Virus record (IMG/VR): IMGVR_UViG_3300032269_001670
Coordinates: 21,708-85,707 of that record
Length of the DNA: 64,000 bases
Direction: 5' to 3' (one strand)
Source: a virus
Taxonomy: Duplodnaviria > Caudoviricetes
In this document: positions 24,004 to 33,728 of the stretch, one piece after another
Layout: each line of letters opens with the position of its first letter
Position numbering within the stretch: position 1 is the first letter of the stretch
Notes under the pieces: model-generated
What the model saw: the letters and a program-made list of their open reading frames with translations, nothing else
Database searches by the model: none
What the model was told of the DNA's origin: nothing
Position numbers and translations under genes: made by a program

Positions 24004-27000
24004 ATGACAAAGTTCGTAGGCAATACTATTACCCTTCCAACACTGGCAACGGCCCCGTCGTCCCCGGCAGCTGGAGACACTTATTACAACACCACGGACA
24101 ACACCGCCTATGTCTATAACGGCACATCTTGGGTAGACCTTGCTGCATCCGGCGGAGGCTCAGGCGATATTACCGATGTCGTCGCTGGAGCTGGCCTCAC
24201 GGGCGGTGCAAGCACTGGTTCTGCGACTCTTGATGTTGGCGCCGGCACTGGCATCATCGTCAATGCTGACGATGTGGCAATTGATACATCCGTTGTTGCG
24301 CGTAAGTCTGACAAGCTATCCGTATTTGCTGCAACTACATCTGCAGAACTTGCTGGAGTTATTTCAAACGAGACTGGTTCTGGTGCACTGGTTTTTGGGA
24401 CTGGACCAACAATTTCCCTTCCAATTATTGACAATCCAAAAATTGGATACACCACCCAGGCAACGGCTGCATCAACGCTGACGCTTACTAGCGCATCAAA
24501 CTATTATCAATACTTTACTGGAACGACTGCTTCACAAGTTGTTGTATTGCCAGTCACCAGCACACTTGCACTTGGTCAGCAATATGAGATTAATAACAAC
24601 TCAACGCAATCTATTGCAGTTCAGTCATCTGGCTTAAATGCAATAGTTACTGTTTACCGTGGAATGACTTATCGGTTTACTTGTATTCTTACATCAGGAA
24701 CAACTGCTGCCTCTTGGGAGTATGAAATTGTTGGTGTTAATACTGTTACTGGTGTTACTGGATCGCCTTCAAATTTAGTTTTTAGTTATGCTCCGAATAT
24801 TGACCAGGCATATCTAACTTCACCACAAATTTATGGCGGCTTGCAAATGGGGCAGACAACGGTTGTTACCGCAGGGGGGACAACAAACCCAGGTGGAAGT
24901 GGTTCCGTATTCTATAGGTTTACTGGCACATCAACACAAACAATGACGATGCCTGCGTCTTCTGCAAATATGGGATACGCGTGGATTATTCAAAATTTTA
25001 GCACAGGCGATGTTACCGTTAACGCGTCTGCCGGCGGAACGATTGTGGTGCTCAAAACAAATCAGCAAGTACTACTCCACGCAACAAGCACCACGCCAAC
25101 AACCCCTTCGCTGTGGGATATTATTTACCTTGGCGCACCAACTTATACTGGTACTGGTTCAAGCGTATTTGCCACCAGCCCAACGCTGGTAACTCCTAAT
25201 CTTGGGACACCAAGTGCCATTAACCTATCCAATGCAACAAGCCTTGCTGATGCTGCCCTTGCGGCAACGGGAACGGCTGGAACTTACACCAAAGTAACAA
25301 CAGACGCTAAAGGTCGCGTAAGCAGCGGTACAACGCTTTCAGAATCTGATATACCAACTCTTAGCACCGTTGGGAAGGTTTCTAACTCCGCGACTACTGC
25401 TGCGTCTGCAAATACGGCAAGCGCCATTGTTGCTCGTGATGCAAGCGGAAACTTTACGGCGGGAACTATTACCGCAACAACTGTAACCGGTCTTTCCGCG
25501 CCATCTTCAAGCACAGATGCAGTTAACAAGGCATATGTTGATTCGTTCTCTGTTGGACTCAATTGGCACGCAGCTGTTAAGGTTGTGCAAACTGGAAATA
25601 CATCAGGAGTTTATACCGCCGGGACGAGCGGATTTGATGGCGGAACAGGCGTAGGTGCATACATTGAGGCTGCCGTCAATGGGCCAATATCTTCAAGTGC
25701 CGTTGACGGATATAGTTCATGGGTTCTTGGAGACCGTTTACTATATGTTGGAAATACTAATGCCACAACTAACGGAATCTACAAGCTTACTAACTTAGGA
25801 AGCGCAAGCTCAAAATGGCGTTTCACTCGAGCAACAGATTTTGATGGAAGCAGCCCAACAGCAATCGTCATGGCCGGAGATGCCGTCTATGTTATTAACG
25901 GAACAACTTATGGAAAGAGCGCTTGGGCAGTAAACTCTATTGGAACTGGGACAGATAACAACATTATTGTCGGAACAGATACCATTGATTTTGCTCAGTT
26001 TAACGGTGCTGCAACGCTTACGGCAGGGGCAGGTCTTCTTACCACTGGTAACACCATTGATGTCGTTGCTGGAACAGGCATTACAACTTCAGGGGATCAA
26101 GTATCTATTGATAGCACAGTAGCAACGCTTGCTGGAACACAAGCCATTACCAACAAGACTTCGTACAATAAAGTTGCAATCACAGCTCCAGCAACCAGCG
26201 CCACTCTTGCGCTGGCTGATGGAAGCACCCTAGCCACGTCAGGTGCATTTTCTACAACGCTAACGGCAACGGCAACCACTAACGCCACGCTTCCTTCTGG
26301 CACCACGACGCTTGCGTCAAATGTAACGACAACAATTGGAGATGTTATTTATGCTTCGGCAACTAGTGTCCCAGGAACACTAGCCAGGCTTGCCGGAAAC
26401 ACTGCAGCTCAACCGTCATTCCTTTCATCAACTGGTAACGGCACGGCGAATACATCAACTGCATTTACTTCCAGCACCGGTAGCGGCAATGTGGTGCTTG
26501 CAAATAGCCCAACGCTAACAACGCCAAGCCTTGGAGCCGCCACAGCAACCTCAATCAACGGGACCACAATCCCGTCTTCCGCAACCCTAGTCACGAGCGT
26601 CACTGGCACTGCAAATCAGGTGGTTGCAAGTACAAGTACTGGAGCCGTAACGCTCAGCCTTCCGCAGTCCATTGGCACGACTAACAGTCCGCTATTCAAG
26701 ACCATCAAAATCACACCAGATACTGATGCTTCAATCACATCGTCTGATGGTGAGTTTGTTTATCGGAATGACGAATACTCACGGCTCACCTTCAATGTTG
26801 CAGGAACAGAGAAGCAGGTGTATCCAGTGCCAGGAGCGACATCATCAACTGCTGGCGCTGTTATACTCAGCGCTTCAACCAGCGACACTAGTTCAACTAC
26901 GGCAGCAACACCAAGTGCCGTAAAATCTGCATACGACTTGGCCGCAGCAGCCGTGCCACAAACACGCACGATCACTGGATCGTTTCCAGTGTACGCCAAC

Positions 27001-27705
27001 GGAGTGGCTGGAACCGCAATCCCATTGAGCGGAAACATCACGATCAGCGTCGCTGATGCGTCAGCAACAACTTCTGGCGTGACAAATGTGATTACCACAT
27101 TTGACACGACATCACCGTATCCACCCAGCGGGTACGCTATCAACAACTACTACAGCAGCGTGTTGGGAAGTTACGCGGTCACTTCATACTTCCAGTCAGT
27201 TTTCTATGGATCGTCATCGGTTCTTGCAACACATCCGCGCGAAGTACTCACCACGACCAATGCCAACACCAGCGGCACGCTGATCCTGACGCAGTTCCGT
27301 CCGATGAAGTCCTTCAGCGTGACGAACATTTCGGTCACATCAGGAGCAACTGCATCAGCATCGTTGACATACTGCGCCTTCGGCATCTACACGCGCAGCG
27401 GCACAACCTTCACGCGCGTACGAATCACTGCAAGCGACACCACCATCTTCAACACCGCTAACACCAAGTACACGCGAGCGCTGACCAGCACCTACTCAGT
27501 CACCGCTGGTGTCGAGTACTTTATTGGCGTGCTTCAAGTCGGAACGACAATGGCAACCACGCTTGGGGCGACGGCTCGTGCTGATACAGCAGCGAACGCC
27601 GCAACTGGGGTGCAGGTCTACACGGTCGCCAGCCAAACCACATTAGGTACCGCGCTTACGGGTACAGCCCACGCAACACGTGCAGACTTTGCGGAGGTGT
27701 CGTAA
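24004..27705 (+). CDS. Tail fibre protein 2 (receptor-binding candidate)
   Basis: 1233 aa, T/S/A/G-rich; shares modules with fibre 1. Confidence 0.88.
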   Translation: MTKFVGNTITLPTLATAPSSPAAGDTYYNTTDNTAYVYNGTSWVDLAASGGGSGDITDVVAGAGLTGGASTGSATLDVGAGTGIIVNADDVAIDTSVVARKSDKLSVFAATTSAELAGVISNETGSGALVFGTGPTISLPIIDNPKIGYTTQATAASTLTLTSASNYYQYFTGTTASQVVVLPVTSTLALGQQYEINNNSTQSIAVQSSGLNAIVTVYRGMTYRFTCILTSGTTAASWEYEIVGVNTVTGVTGSPSNLVFSYAPNIDQAYLTSPQIYGGLQMGQTTVVTAGGTTNPGGSGSVFYRFTGTSTQTMTMPASSANMGYAWIIQNFSTGDVTVNASAGGTIVVLKTNQQVLLHATSTTPTTPSLWDIIYLGAPTYTGTGSSVFATSPTLVTPNLGTPSAINLSNATSLADAALAATGTAGTYTKVTTDAKGRVSSGTTLSESDIPTLSTVGKVSNSATTAASANTASAIVARDASGNFTAGTITATTVTGLSAPSSSTDAVNKAYVDSFSVGLNWHAAVKVVQTGNTSGVYTAGTSGFDGGTGVGAYIEAAVNGPISSSAVDGYSSWVLGDRLLYVGNTNATTNGIYKLTNLGSASSKWRFTRATDFDGSSPTAIVMAGDAVYVINGTTYGKSAWAVNSIGTGTDNNIIVGTDTIDFAQFNGAATLTAGAGLLTTGNTIDVVAGTGITTSGDQVSIDSTVATLAGTQAITNKTSYNKVAITAPATSATLALADGSTLATSGAFSTTLTATATTNATLPSGTTTLASNVTTTIGDVIYASATSVPGTLARLAGNTAAQPSFLSSTGNGTANTSTAFTSSTGSGNVVLANSPTLTTPSLGAATATSINGTTIPSSATLVTSVTGTANQVVASTSTGAVTLSLPQSIGTTNSPLFKTIKITPDTDASITSSDGEFVYRNDEYSRLTFNVAGTEKQVYPVPGATSSTAGAVILSASTSDTSSTTAATPSAVKSAYDLAAAAVPQTRTITGSFPVYANGVAGTAIPLSGNITISVADASATTSGVTNVITTFDTTSPYPPSGYAINNYYSSVLGSYAVTSYFQSVFYGSSSVLATHPREVLTTTNANTSGTLILTQFRPMKSFSVTNISVTSGATASASLTYCAFGIYTRSGTTFTRVRITASDTTIFNTANTKYTRALTSTYSVTAGVEYFIGVLQVGTTMATTLGATARADTAANAATGVQVYTVASQTTLGTALTGTAHATRADFAEVS

Positions 27706-27836
27706 TGGCAGTGATCACTGAGCCAGCCTATCTAGACGAGCAAACTGGTATGCTCACCGAGATCGTCCGAGACGCAGAGACTGGCGAGATCATCGGCAAG
27801 AATGAGCGTATGCCTGAACCAGTTATCGGGAATTGA
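27705..27836 (+). CDS. 43-aa acidic protein (possible fibre chaperone)
   Basis: Not in the track; TAATG coupling after SD GGAGGTG. Confidence 0.65.
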   Translation: MAVITEPAYLDEQTGMLTEIVRDAETGEIIGKNERMPEPVIGN

Positions 27837-27972
27837 TCTCAGAGCTCTATCAAGCCATTGACGCAAAAGACGCATTCTGCTGCCACTATTCGGCAGTGGA
27901 AGAAAATGTAAAGTGTCCGCCGCTGCACAACTGTCAACTGTGCAATGACGTACATCTTGGATAGGGGGAGTT

Positions 27973-28167
27973 ATGGACCAGCAAATTAGTCCGGAAGCGA
28001 TGTTTATGAAAATTGGCGTTCTATCGATTGAGATTGATATGATGCGAGCAACAATTGTGCAGCTTAAAAACGAACTTGATGAGGCCCATGAGCGCATTAA
28101 GGAATTTGAGAAGAACACTCCAGTGAAGCCGGCAGTGACGGCTTCTTTTAAATCAATCAGCGATTAA
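27973..28167 (+). CDS. Small coiled-coil protein
   Basis: SD GGGGGAG; heptad pattern. Confidence 0.7.
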   Translation: MDQQISPEAMFMKIGVLSIEIDMMRATIVQLKNELDEAHERIKEFEKNTPVKPAVTASFKSISD

Positions 28168-28187
28168 GATAATCTTTCTGTATTAGG

Positions 28188-28220
28188 AAAGTCTGTCGGT
28201 CATAACCGGCAGACTTTTTA
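28188..28220 (+). terminator. Intrinsic terminator
   Basis: AAAGTCTGTCGG-TCATAA-CCGGCAGACTTT followed by T-run. Confidence 0.8.
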
Positions 28221-28297
28221 TTTGTTGAACGTTAAGTTTTCATCACATATATTGTACCTGTCAATTCCACTTGCGCAGAGCATGATGAGGTGCAAAT

Positions 28298-28483
28298 GTG
28301 ACTGCAAGCCAAGCCCACCAAATCCTAGATCGCCTTGAAAAAATCGAGGAAGAAATTTCTGCCATGCGTGTTGAGATGGCAGAAACTCGTGGTGCCTACC
28401 GACTTGCCAAGTTCATCATTGGCATTCTTGGCCTTACCGGCATCAGCAGCTTTGTCGCCTGGATGGCAGGGCAGGGAAAATGA
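28298..28483 (+). CDS. Small coiled-coil plus C-terminal TM protein (holin/XhlA-like)
   Basis: SD GAGGTG; [20 protein letters not shown]. Confidence 0.65.
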   Translation: MTASQAHQILDRLEKIEEEISAMRVEMAETRGAYRLAKFIIGILGLTGISSFVAWMAGQGK

Positions 28484-29958
28484 GCATCAAACTAACCTCT
28501 ATTGCTGCAATTATTTGGCTTACTCTAGCGACTCTTTTCTACGGCGCAGTAGCAAACCCGGTTTCCGGAAGTCAAAATAGCTACGTAGATCGCACACAAG
28601 ATTTTTGGATTACCGTTCCAGAGCAAAGTTTGCTGCATATTTGGACCGACCTGTGCGATAACACCAACAGTGGCTGGTGCGGCGGCATTGTTGACTCCAT
28701 GCTATGGCTGTACGACGGCCAAGGAAATTTGATTGCTGCCAATGACGATTCATATACCGACCACACCGGTGGATATTCTCTTGCATCTACTATCCGCGTT
28801 TCCGTTCCGGCAGGGGATTATCGCATTCGTGCGGGCGTATGTTGTGGCGATCCAGCGGCCGACCGTTTCTATGGCAATCATTACTACATGATCAGCAACT
28901 TTGAGGCTGAGCTTGCCCCCGGAACACCATCGGCAACGTGGACCCCAACCCTACCGCCAACGCCTACGCCAACCCCTGAGCCGACCCCAACCCCAACTCC
29001 TGAGCCAACCCCGACGCCCGTCCCAGACCCATACCTAAACGCCCCAACTGGACTGCTGATAACTGTTTATAGCGATGGCAGTGTTTCCCTCATTTGGGAT
29101 GCACCAGAGGCAAGCGGTACGAATGTCGAGAGATACGCTGTCTCCTGGACTACCGGAGACGCCCTCGGCTGGGGTGCCGCATCACTTGAAACAAACATGA
29201 CAATTTCTAACGGTGTGTTTATTCAGACCGGTGGTGTCAACGCAAATTACACATTCTGGATTAGGGCTGACAATGACACCCTTGGCGTTTATTCGCCCTC
29301 GTCAGTGCCGGTTTCTGTGTTTGTTCCTGCGCCTCCGCCACCAACCCCAAGTCCTACACCTGAGCCAACCCCAACGCCGACTCCTGAGCCCACGCCAGAG
29401 CCTACCCCCACTCCGACACCAGAACCGCCAACACCAAGCCCCAGCGTGGCTCCTACCCCCCTTCCAGAGCCTTCTGTGACGCCGTCCCCAACACCGCGTC
29501 CAAGCCATAGCCCGGAGGTAACCCATGTACCAGTTCCGTCCCCGACTCCCACACCCGAGCCGACGCCCGAGCCGACGGCCACCCCTACGGAATCTCCGAC
29601 CCCTTCTGTTGATCCCAGCCCTGTACCTACTGACACACCTGGACCCATTGATCCGGGCGCTGCTGTGGGGGCGGTAACGGAGGCCGTTGGGGAAGCTGCC
29701 GCAGCTATTGCAGACACCATCAGCAATAGTGTAGAAAATGTTGGTAAAGCTGTCACTGCAATTACCAATCTTGGCAAGGACCTCTCGCCGGAGGAGAAGA
29801 AAAAGGCCGCACCGGTTGTGGTTGCGGCTGTTGTAGTGACGCAAGTAGCCCAAGCTGCAGCAGCTGCTGCAAGCGCGGCAAGCGCTGCTCGAACGACTGG
29901 TGGAGGTGGCTCCACATCGTCTGGCGGTGGAGATAAACCAAGGAGAAACCGCAAATGA
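28480..29958 (+). CDS. Surface/exported protein: signal peptide, PPC-like domain, FN3 domain, Pro/Thr linkers, Ala-rich tail
   Basis: [19 protein letters not shown] (PPC-like); APTGL...LIWDAP...YTFWIRA (FN3); PTPTPEPT repeats. Confidence 0.8.
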   Translation: MSIKLTSIAAIIWLTLATLFYGAVANPVSGSQNSYVDRTQDFWITVPEQSLLHIWTDLCDNTNSGWCGGIVDSMLWLYDGQGNLIAANDDSYTDHTGGYSLASTIRVSVPAGDYRIRAGVCCGDPAADRFYGNHYYMISNFEAELAPGTPSATWTPTLPPTPTPTPEPTPTPTPEPTPTPVPDPYLNAPTGLLITVYSDGSVSLIWDAPEASGTNVERYAVSWTTGDALGWGAASLETNMTISNGVFIQTGGVNANYTFWIRADNDTLGVYSPSSVPVSVFVPAPPPPTPSPTPEPTPTPTPEPTPEPTPTPTPEPPTPSPSVAPTPLPEPSVTPSPTPRPSHSPEVTHVPVPSPTPTPEPTPEPTATPTESPTPSVDPSPVPTDTPGPIDPGAAVGAVTEAVGEAAAAIADTISNSVENVGKAVTAITNLGKDLSPEEKKKAAPVVVAAVVVTQVAQAAAAAASAASAARTTGGGGSTSSGGGDKPRRNRK

Positions 29959-30131
29959 TTAAAAACGCTGTAAATGACATTATTGCAGGTGGGTGGACAA
30001 TCTTTGGTTTGGCCATCGCCTGGGCAGTACTTCCAGAGGGTGAGACCCGCGACGTTGTGGGTTCGATCCTGCTTGCACTATCGGGTGCCTGGCTCATCAC
30101 CGGCCCCCTTCGCTGGCGCGAAGACGACTAA
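29955..30131 (+). CDS. 58-aa two-TM membrane protein
   Basis: Not in the track; ATGA coupling. Confidence 0.7.
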   Translation: MIKNAVNDIIAGGWTIFGLAIAWAVLPEGETRDVVGSILLALSGAWLITGPLRWREDD

Positions 30132-30146
30132 TCGCCCATAGGGCAT

Positions 30147-30183
30147 AAAAAGAGGAGGGGCCTCATAGGGCCCCTCCTCTTTT
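30147..30183. terminator. Bidirectional intrinsic terminator
   Basis: AAAAGAGGAGGGGCC / GGCCCCTCCTCTTTT inverted repeat between convergent operons. Confidence 0.9.
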
Positions 30184-30200
30184 AGTTTACCCGATTATGA

Positions 30201-30614
30201 TCAGCCCTGGTGGCCGTCATCCTCAAGGTTCTGGAGCTCAGCATGATCTTCGTTGGCAAGGGTGCCAGCAAGTTCATCTGCAATTCCGTCTCCATCGGTA
30301 TCGATTGCGCTGCCGGTAATGTGAGCCGTGCTCTCGGCAGCCGCCTTCTCTTCAGCCTTAGCAACCTTAGCCTTGCCAACGCCAAACTTGGCATCTTCAG
30401 GGTTCAAGGCGCGAACGACTACCTGCAAGCAGGCGGCCAATCCGGCTGAAACTACGGTTCGGAAGTCGTTGCCTGAAATATCAAGCAGCGGAATACCAAG
30501 ACCAAGCGCAACGGCAATTGACGTTGCAATAAAGGCGCGTGCGGCTTCCAGGAGCATCTCGTCGATACCCGTGTTGGCCGCGATCCATAGAACTGCGTTC
30601 TTAATGGCGCTCAT
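30201..30614 (-). CDS. Holin-like membrane protein with acidic C-tail
   Basis: Two hydrophobic segments; directly downstream of the peptidase. Confidence 0.65.
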   Translation of the reverse strand: MSAIKNAVLWIAANTGIDEMLLEAARAFIATSIAVALGLGIPLLDISGNDFRTVVSAGLAACLQVVVRALNPEDAKFGVGKAKVAKAEEKAAAESTAHITGSAIDTDGDGIADELAGTLANEDHAELQNLEDDGHQG

Positions 30615-30628
30615 GTTTTCTCCTTTAC

Positions 30629-31372
30629 CTACTTACCGCAAGTCGGGCAAACGGCCGGCTTGACGGGCGCTGGTGCCACTGGGGCCGCCGGCGCTGCCGC
30701 AGGCTTAGGCGCAACCCAACCCTTTGGCGCTGAGATAATAATAACATGCGCATGCGGTGGAGCCTTGTGAGATCCACTTACGCGCTTGCTGTCGGCAATG
30801 GCCTTAAGCTGAGCTTCAGTTACCTGCACGCCAAACTCTTCAGCACCCTTACCCTCTCGGGTTGGGCATGCCCACTGCCATCCATGATCTGCGCACCAGG
30901 CTGCGCTGGTCATGTGGCCGTATCCCTCCGCAAGATGCTTGGGGTCTTTCTTGTAGCCGCCGCCACCCTTACCCCACCACTTAGCCCACTTTCGATGCCA
31001 AGCGCTGATTTCTACCTCAGGTGGAAAGCCTACTGGCTGCTGCACCCAGACGCCAAGTGCCGATCCAGCCTTGGCTGAAGCAACAACGTCTTCCCAGCTG
31101 GTAGCAAATCGAGCTTCGGCGCCAAGGACGCGAGCGGTCTTGATGAGGTCACCAAGTGACGAACCGTTATCGGAAACACCCTGCTTCTCAACCCTGCCGG
31201 TTGCCTTTGCCTTAGCGGCAACCCCGTCAGAAGCACTAAAGTCGTGACCTGGGGCGTACTGAAACACCCACGACACGGCTGCGGCCATAGAAGACGGGCC
31301 ACAATCGTCCAAGATTCCCTGTTTAATTGCCTCAGCGTCAGAATAGAGCTGGGACTTTACCTTGTATCGCAT
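30629..31372 (-). CDS. Peptidase C39-like cysteine peptidase (candidate endolysin)
   Basis: KSQL...DDCGPSSMAAA (Gln/Cys), YGHM (His); A/P linker and CPTCGK tail; next to the holin. Confidence 0.7.
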   Translation of the reverse strand: MRYKVKSQLYSDAEAIKQGILDDCGPSSMAAAVSWVFQYAPGHDFSASDGVAAKAKATGRVEKQGVSDNGSSLGDLIKTARVLGAEARFATSWEDVVASAKAGSALGVWVQQPVGFPPEVEISAWHRKWAKWWGKGGGGYKKDPKHLAEGYGHMTSAAWCADHGWQWACPTREGKGAEEFGVQVTEAQLKAIADSKRVSGSHKAPPHAHVIIISAPKGWVAPKPAAAPAAPVAPAPVKPAVCPTCGK

Positions 31373-31430
31373 AAAATACCCCCTTTGTTATGCCCTTTCG
31401 GCTAGGAGATCATACGGCTCAAGGTGAAGA

Positions 31431-33728
31431 TTAGGCACCAGCCTCAAGTTCTGCGATACGAGTTTCAAGGGCTTGATTCTTGGAAGCAAGCTCCTTGATT
31501 GCCCCGATGAGGAAGACGGGAAGCTGAGAATACTGAACGCTCTCAATCTCCCCAGTCTCTTCGTTGTATCGGCAAATGCGCTTCATATCCTCACTAATTG
31601 CCTCAACTTCTTCAGCAATCAATCCAGTCATTGTTCCGGTGTCTTCTGTTTTTGCGGTTTCAGGGTTCCACTTAAACGTTACTGGTCGCAGTTTAATGAC
31701 GTCGCCTAACGAAATATTAAGGTTGTCAATATCTTTCTTATACCTTCTGGCGGAACTAAACCTTGCAAGTGTTCCATATGCACTTGTAGAGTTGATATAG
31801 AGGTCAGAACTTGATGAGGTTGCGGTAACATTAACACGTAAGTCATCGTTAACAACAAAATAACCTGCTGATGTGCTGTAGTAGATATTTGGTGTTGAGC
31901 CAAAATAAACACCACTTGTTGCGCCAACATAAACAGCTCCGGTAGCAGTAACACTGCTAGTGGCACTAATTGATCCGGTGACTGCCAAAGTGTCACTCAT
32001 AGTAAAGTTTGCGCCGTTATGGCTAAGATTTCCAAGGTCGGTATTTGCAGAGTTTCGGAAATAAACTGTTGGGCTTACAGTCCCTCCGCGCAAATATATG
32101 GCACCGTGATATGTGTAGAAATATCCATTAGCAATCAGTCGATCACCGGTGACGTTTGACCCTGCAGTAAATGCGCCACTCGTGTTTAGGGTTCCAGTTC
32201 CATCAGATGAGTAAAGGTTTGCACCACCAAGAAATACTGGAGTAGTTGCGGTAAGAAACCCAAGTTCTCCATCAGCCAAAACGTCAAGGCCAGAAGTTCC
32301 ATATGCGTTAGCGTTGGCAGTCGCTCCAAGAGCCAAAGATCCGGCCAGCACTGCACCAGGAGAACCGGTGCTTGCGCCAGAAGATCCCGTAAGGGTTTCA
32401 CCGTAAAACTGATGGATTCCACCGGCATAGTATTGAATATTCGCGTACTTCCTCCAGTAAATAGTCGTACCGGCAGAAACTGCAGTTGTGTTGTTTGGCT
32501 TTGTAATAGTAAATGTGTTTGTTGCAACAGTTTTTACTCGGGCAGTTCCAACAACCAAGTTGGTGTTTGAGCTATACGTTGAAACGTACGTGCCGACAGA
32601 GAGTCCATGTGCGTTGCTTGTTACGGTGATAGTTGTGCTTGATTTTGCTGCAGTTGCAGTTACCGGTGGTTCATTAAGACCAACCGGAAGAGCAACGATG
32701 CTGGCACCAGTTTGCGAGGGTGTTGAGTCAAGGGCAATTCGAGCATTCGTTGAGCTATCACCACCAGTGATTGACGTTGATCCACCAAGGGTCACATTTC
32801 GGGCAAAAACAGAACCATCGGCATTTTGCGTATACGTTTTAACCACCGGAATTACAACTGGAGCATAGAGAGATGGAAGCGCTGCGCCCAATGTTCCATC
32901 AAATTCTAGGTCTTCTCCAAAACGTTGTTTGAAAGTAAACGTTGTGGTGTCAGGAACAGTAGCAACGTACCAGACACCGTCAAGTGTTTCTGCCGACCCA
33001 GCAATCTCTACGTAATTACCGACAACAAGACCATGTGCTGCGGACGTGACTACGGTAACTGTACTTAGATCTGCGGTGCCAACCGTTGCGTCAAATACGC
33101 GGGAAATGCTAGAAATTGCAATGACTTTTGCAACATACACAGTGCTTGCTGGATCATACAACAGTCCAGAGGTAATGTCTGATTTGCTGTAGGTAAGGTT
33201 ATTTCCCAAAACTGTTGCCGATGCATAATCCACCGGGCCGTTTGTTGGGAGATTAAGGCCAACGCCACCAAGCAGTGCCGAGCCATTAAAATACAGTCCG
33301 GAGACTCGGATATAATCACTAGTCACAATCCCATGTCCAGATGGAAGGGCAAGGGTAATAGTTCCGGATGAGGTAGAAACGCCGGTTGCCGCAACGTTTC
33401 CTCCAGCAAATCCCATTTGAACTGCGGCGTGATCCTCTGGGGCCCCGGACCATTTAGTATTCCAAGAAGGAACGGTTTGCAGCAAACCAGTGCGCATCAA
33501 GCTTGCGTCAATAACGCCGGCTTTTAGGTAGCTTGCGTTAATAACGCTGCCCGTATCATGCCTAACGCTAACAACCGGCTCCGTTCCGGCAGGGACAATT
33601 TCTCCATCTGATCGACGCTCATCAGCAGCATTGAGAATGGTAATTCCCGTGCTATTCACTTGAACAGCAGAAAACGTAGAGCCGTCACCGGCAATTGTTG
33701 GTGGTGTCTGAATATTCTCAATAGGCAT
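31431..33728 (-). CDS. Tail spike/fibre with C-terminal S74 intramolecular chaperone
   Basis: SSARRYKKDI...LRPVTFKW...GLIAEEV...AIKEL coiled coil. Confidence 0.9.
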   Translation of the reverse strand: MPIENIQTPPTIAGDGSTFSAVQVNSTGITILNAADERRSDGEIVPAGTEPVVSVRHDTGSVINASYLKAGVIDASLMRTGLLQTVPSWNTKWSGAPEDHAAVQMGFAGGNVAATGVSTSSGTITLALPSGHGIVTSDYIRVSGLYFNGSALLGGVGLNLPTNGPVDYASATVLGNNLTYSKSDITSGLLYDPASTVYVAKVIAISSISRVFDATVGTADLSTVTVVTSAAHGLVVGNYVEIAGSAETLDGVWYVATVPDTTTFTFKQRFGEDLEFDGTLGAALPSLYAPVVIPVVKTYTQNADGSVFARNVTLGGSTSITGGDSSTNARIALDSTPSQTGASIVALPVGLNEPPVTATAAKSSTTITVTSNAHGLSVGTYVSTYSSNTNLVVGTARVKTVATNTFTITKPNNTTAVSAGTTIYWRKYANIQYYAGGIHQFYGETLTGSSGASTGSPGAVLAGSLALGATANANAYGTSGLDVLADGELGFLTATTPVFLGGANLYSSDGTGTLNTSGAFTAGSNVTGDRLIANGYFYTYHGAIYLRGGTVSPTVYFRNSANTDLGNLSHNGANFTMSDTLAVTGSISATSSVTATGAVYVGATSGVYFGSTPNIYYSTSAGYFVVNDDLRVNVTATSSSSDLYINSTSAYGTLARFSSARRYKKDIDNLNISLGDVIKLRPVTFKWNPETAKTEDTGTMTGLIAEEVEAISEDMKRICRYNEETGEIESVQYSQLPVFLIGAIKELASKNQALETRIAELEAGA

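Noticed and set aside
21970-27705. Diversity-generating retroelement in the fibre genes
   Set aside because: Repeats differ at synonymous positions rather than at adenines, and no reverse transcriptase is in the window.
27855-27950. c-di-GMP riboswitch suggested by GACGCAAA and nearby hairpins
   Set aside because: Only a short word matches; the GEMM P1/P2 architecture is absent.
29289-29954. 221-aa Gly/Val-rich minus-strand ORF
   Set aside because: Antisense of the Pro/Thr linker repeats.
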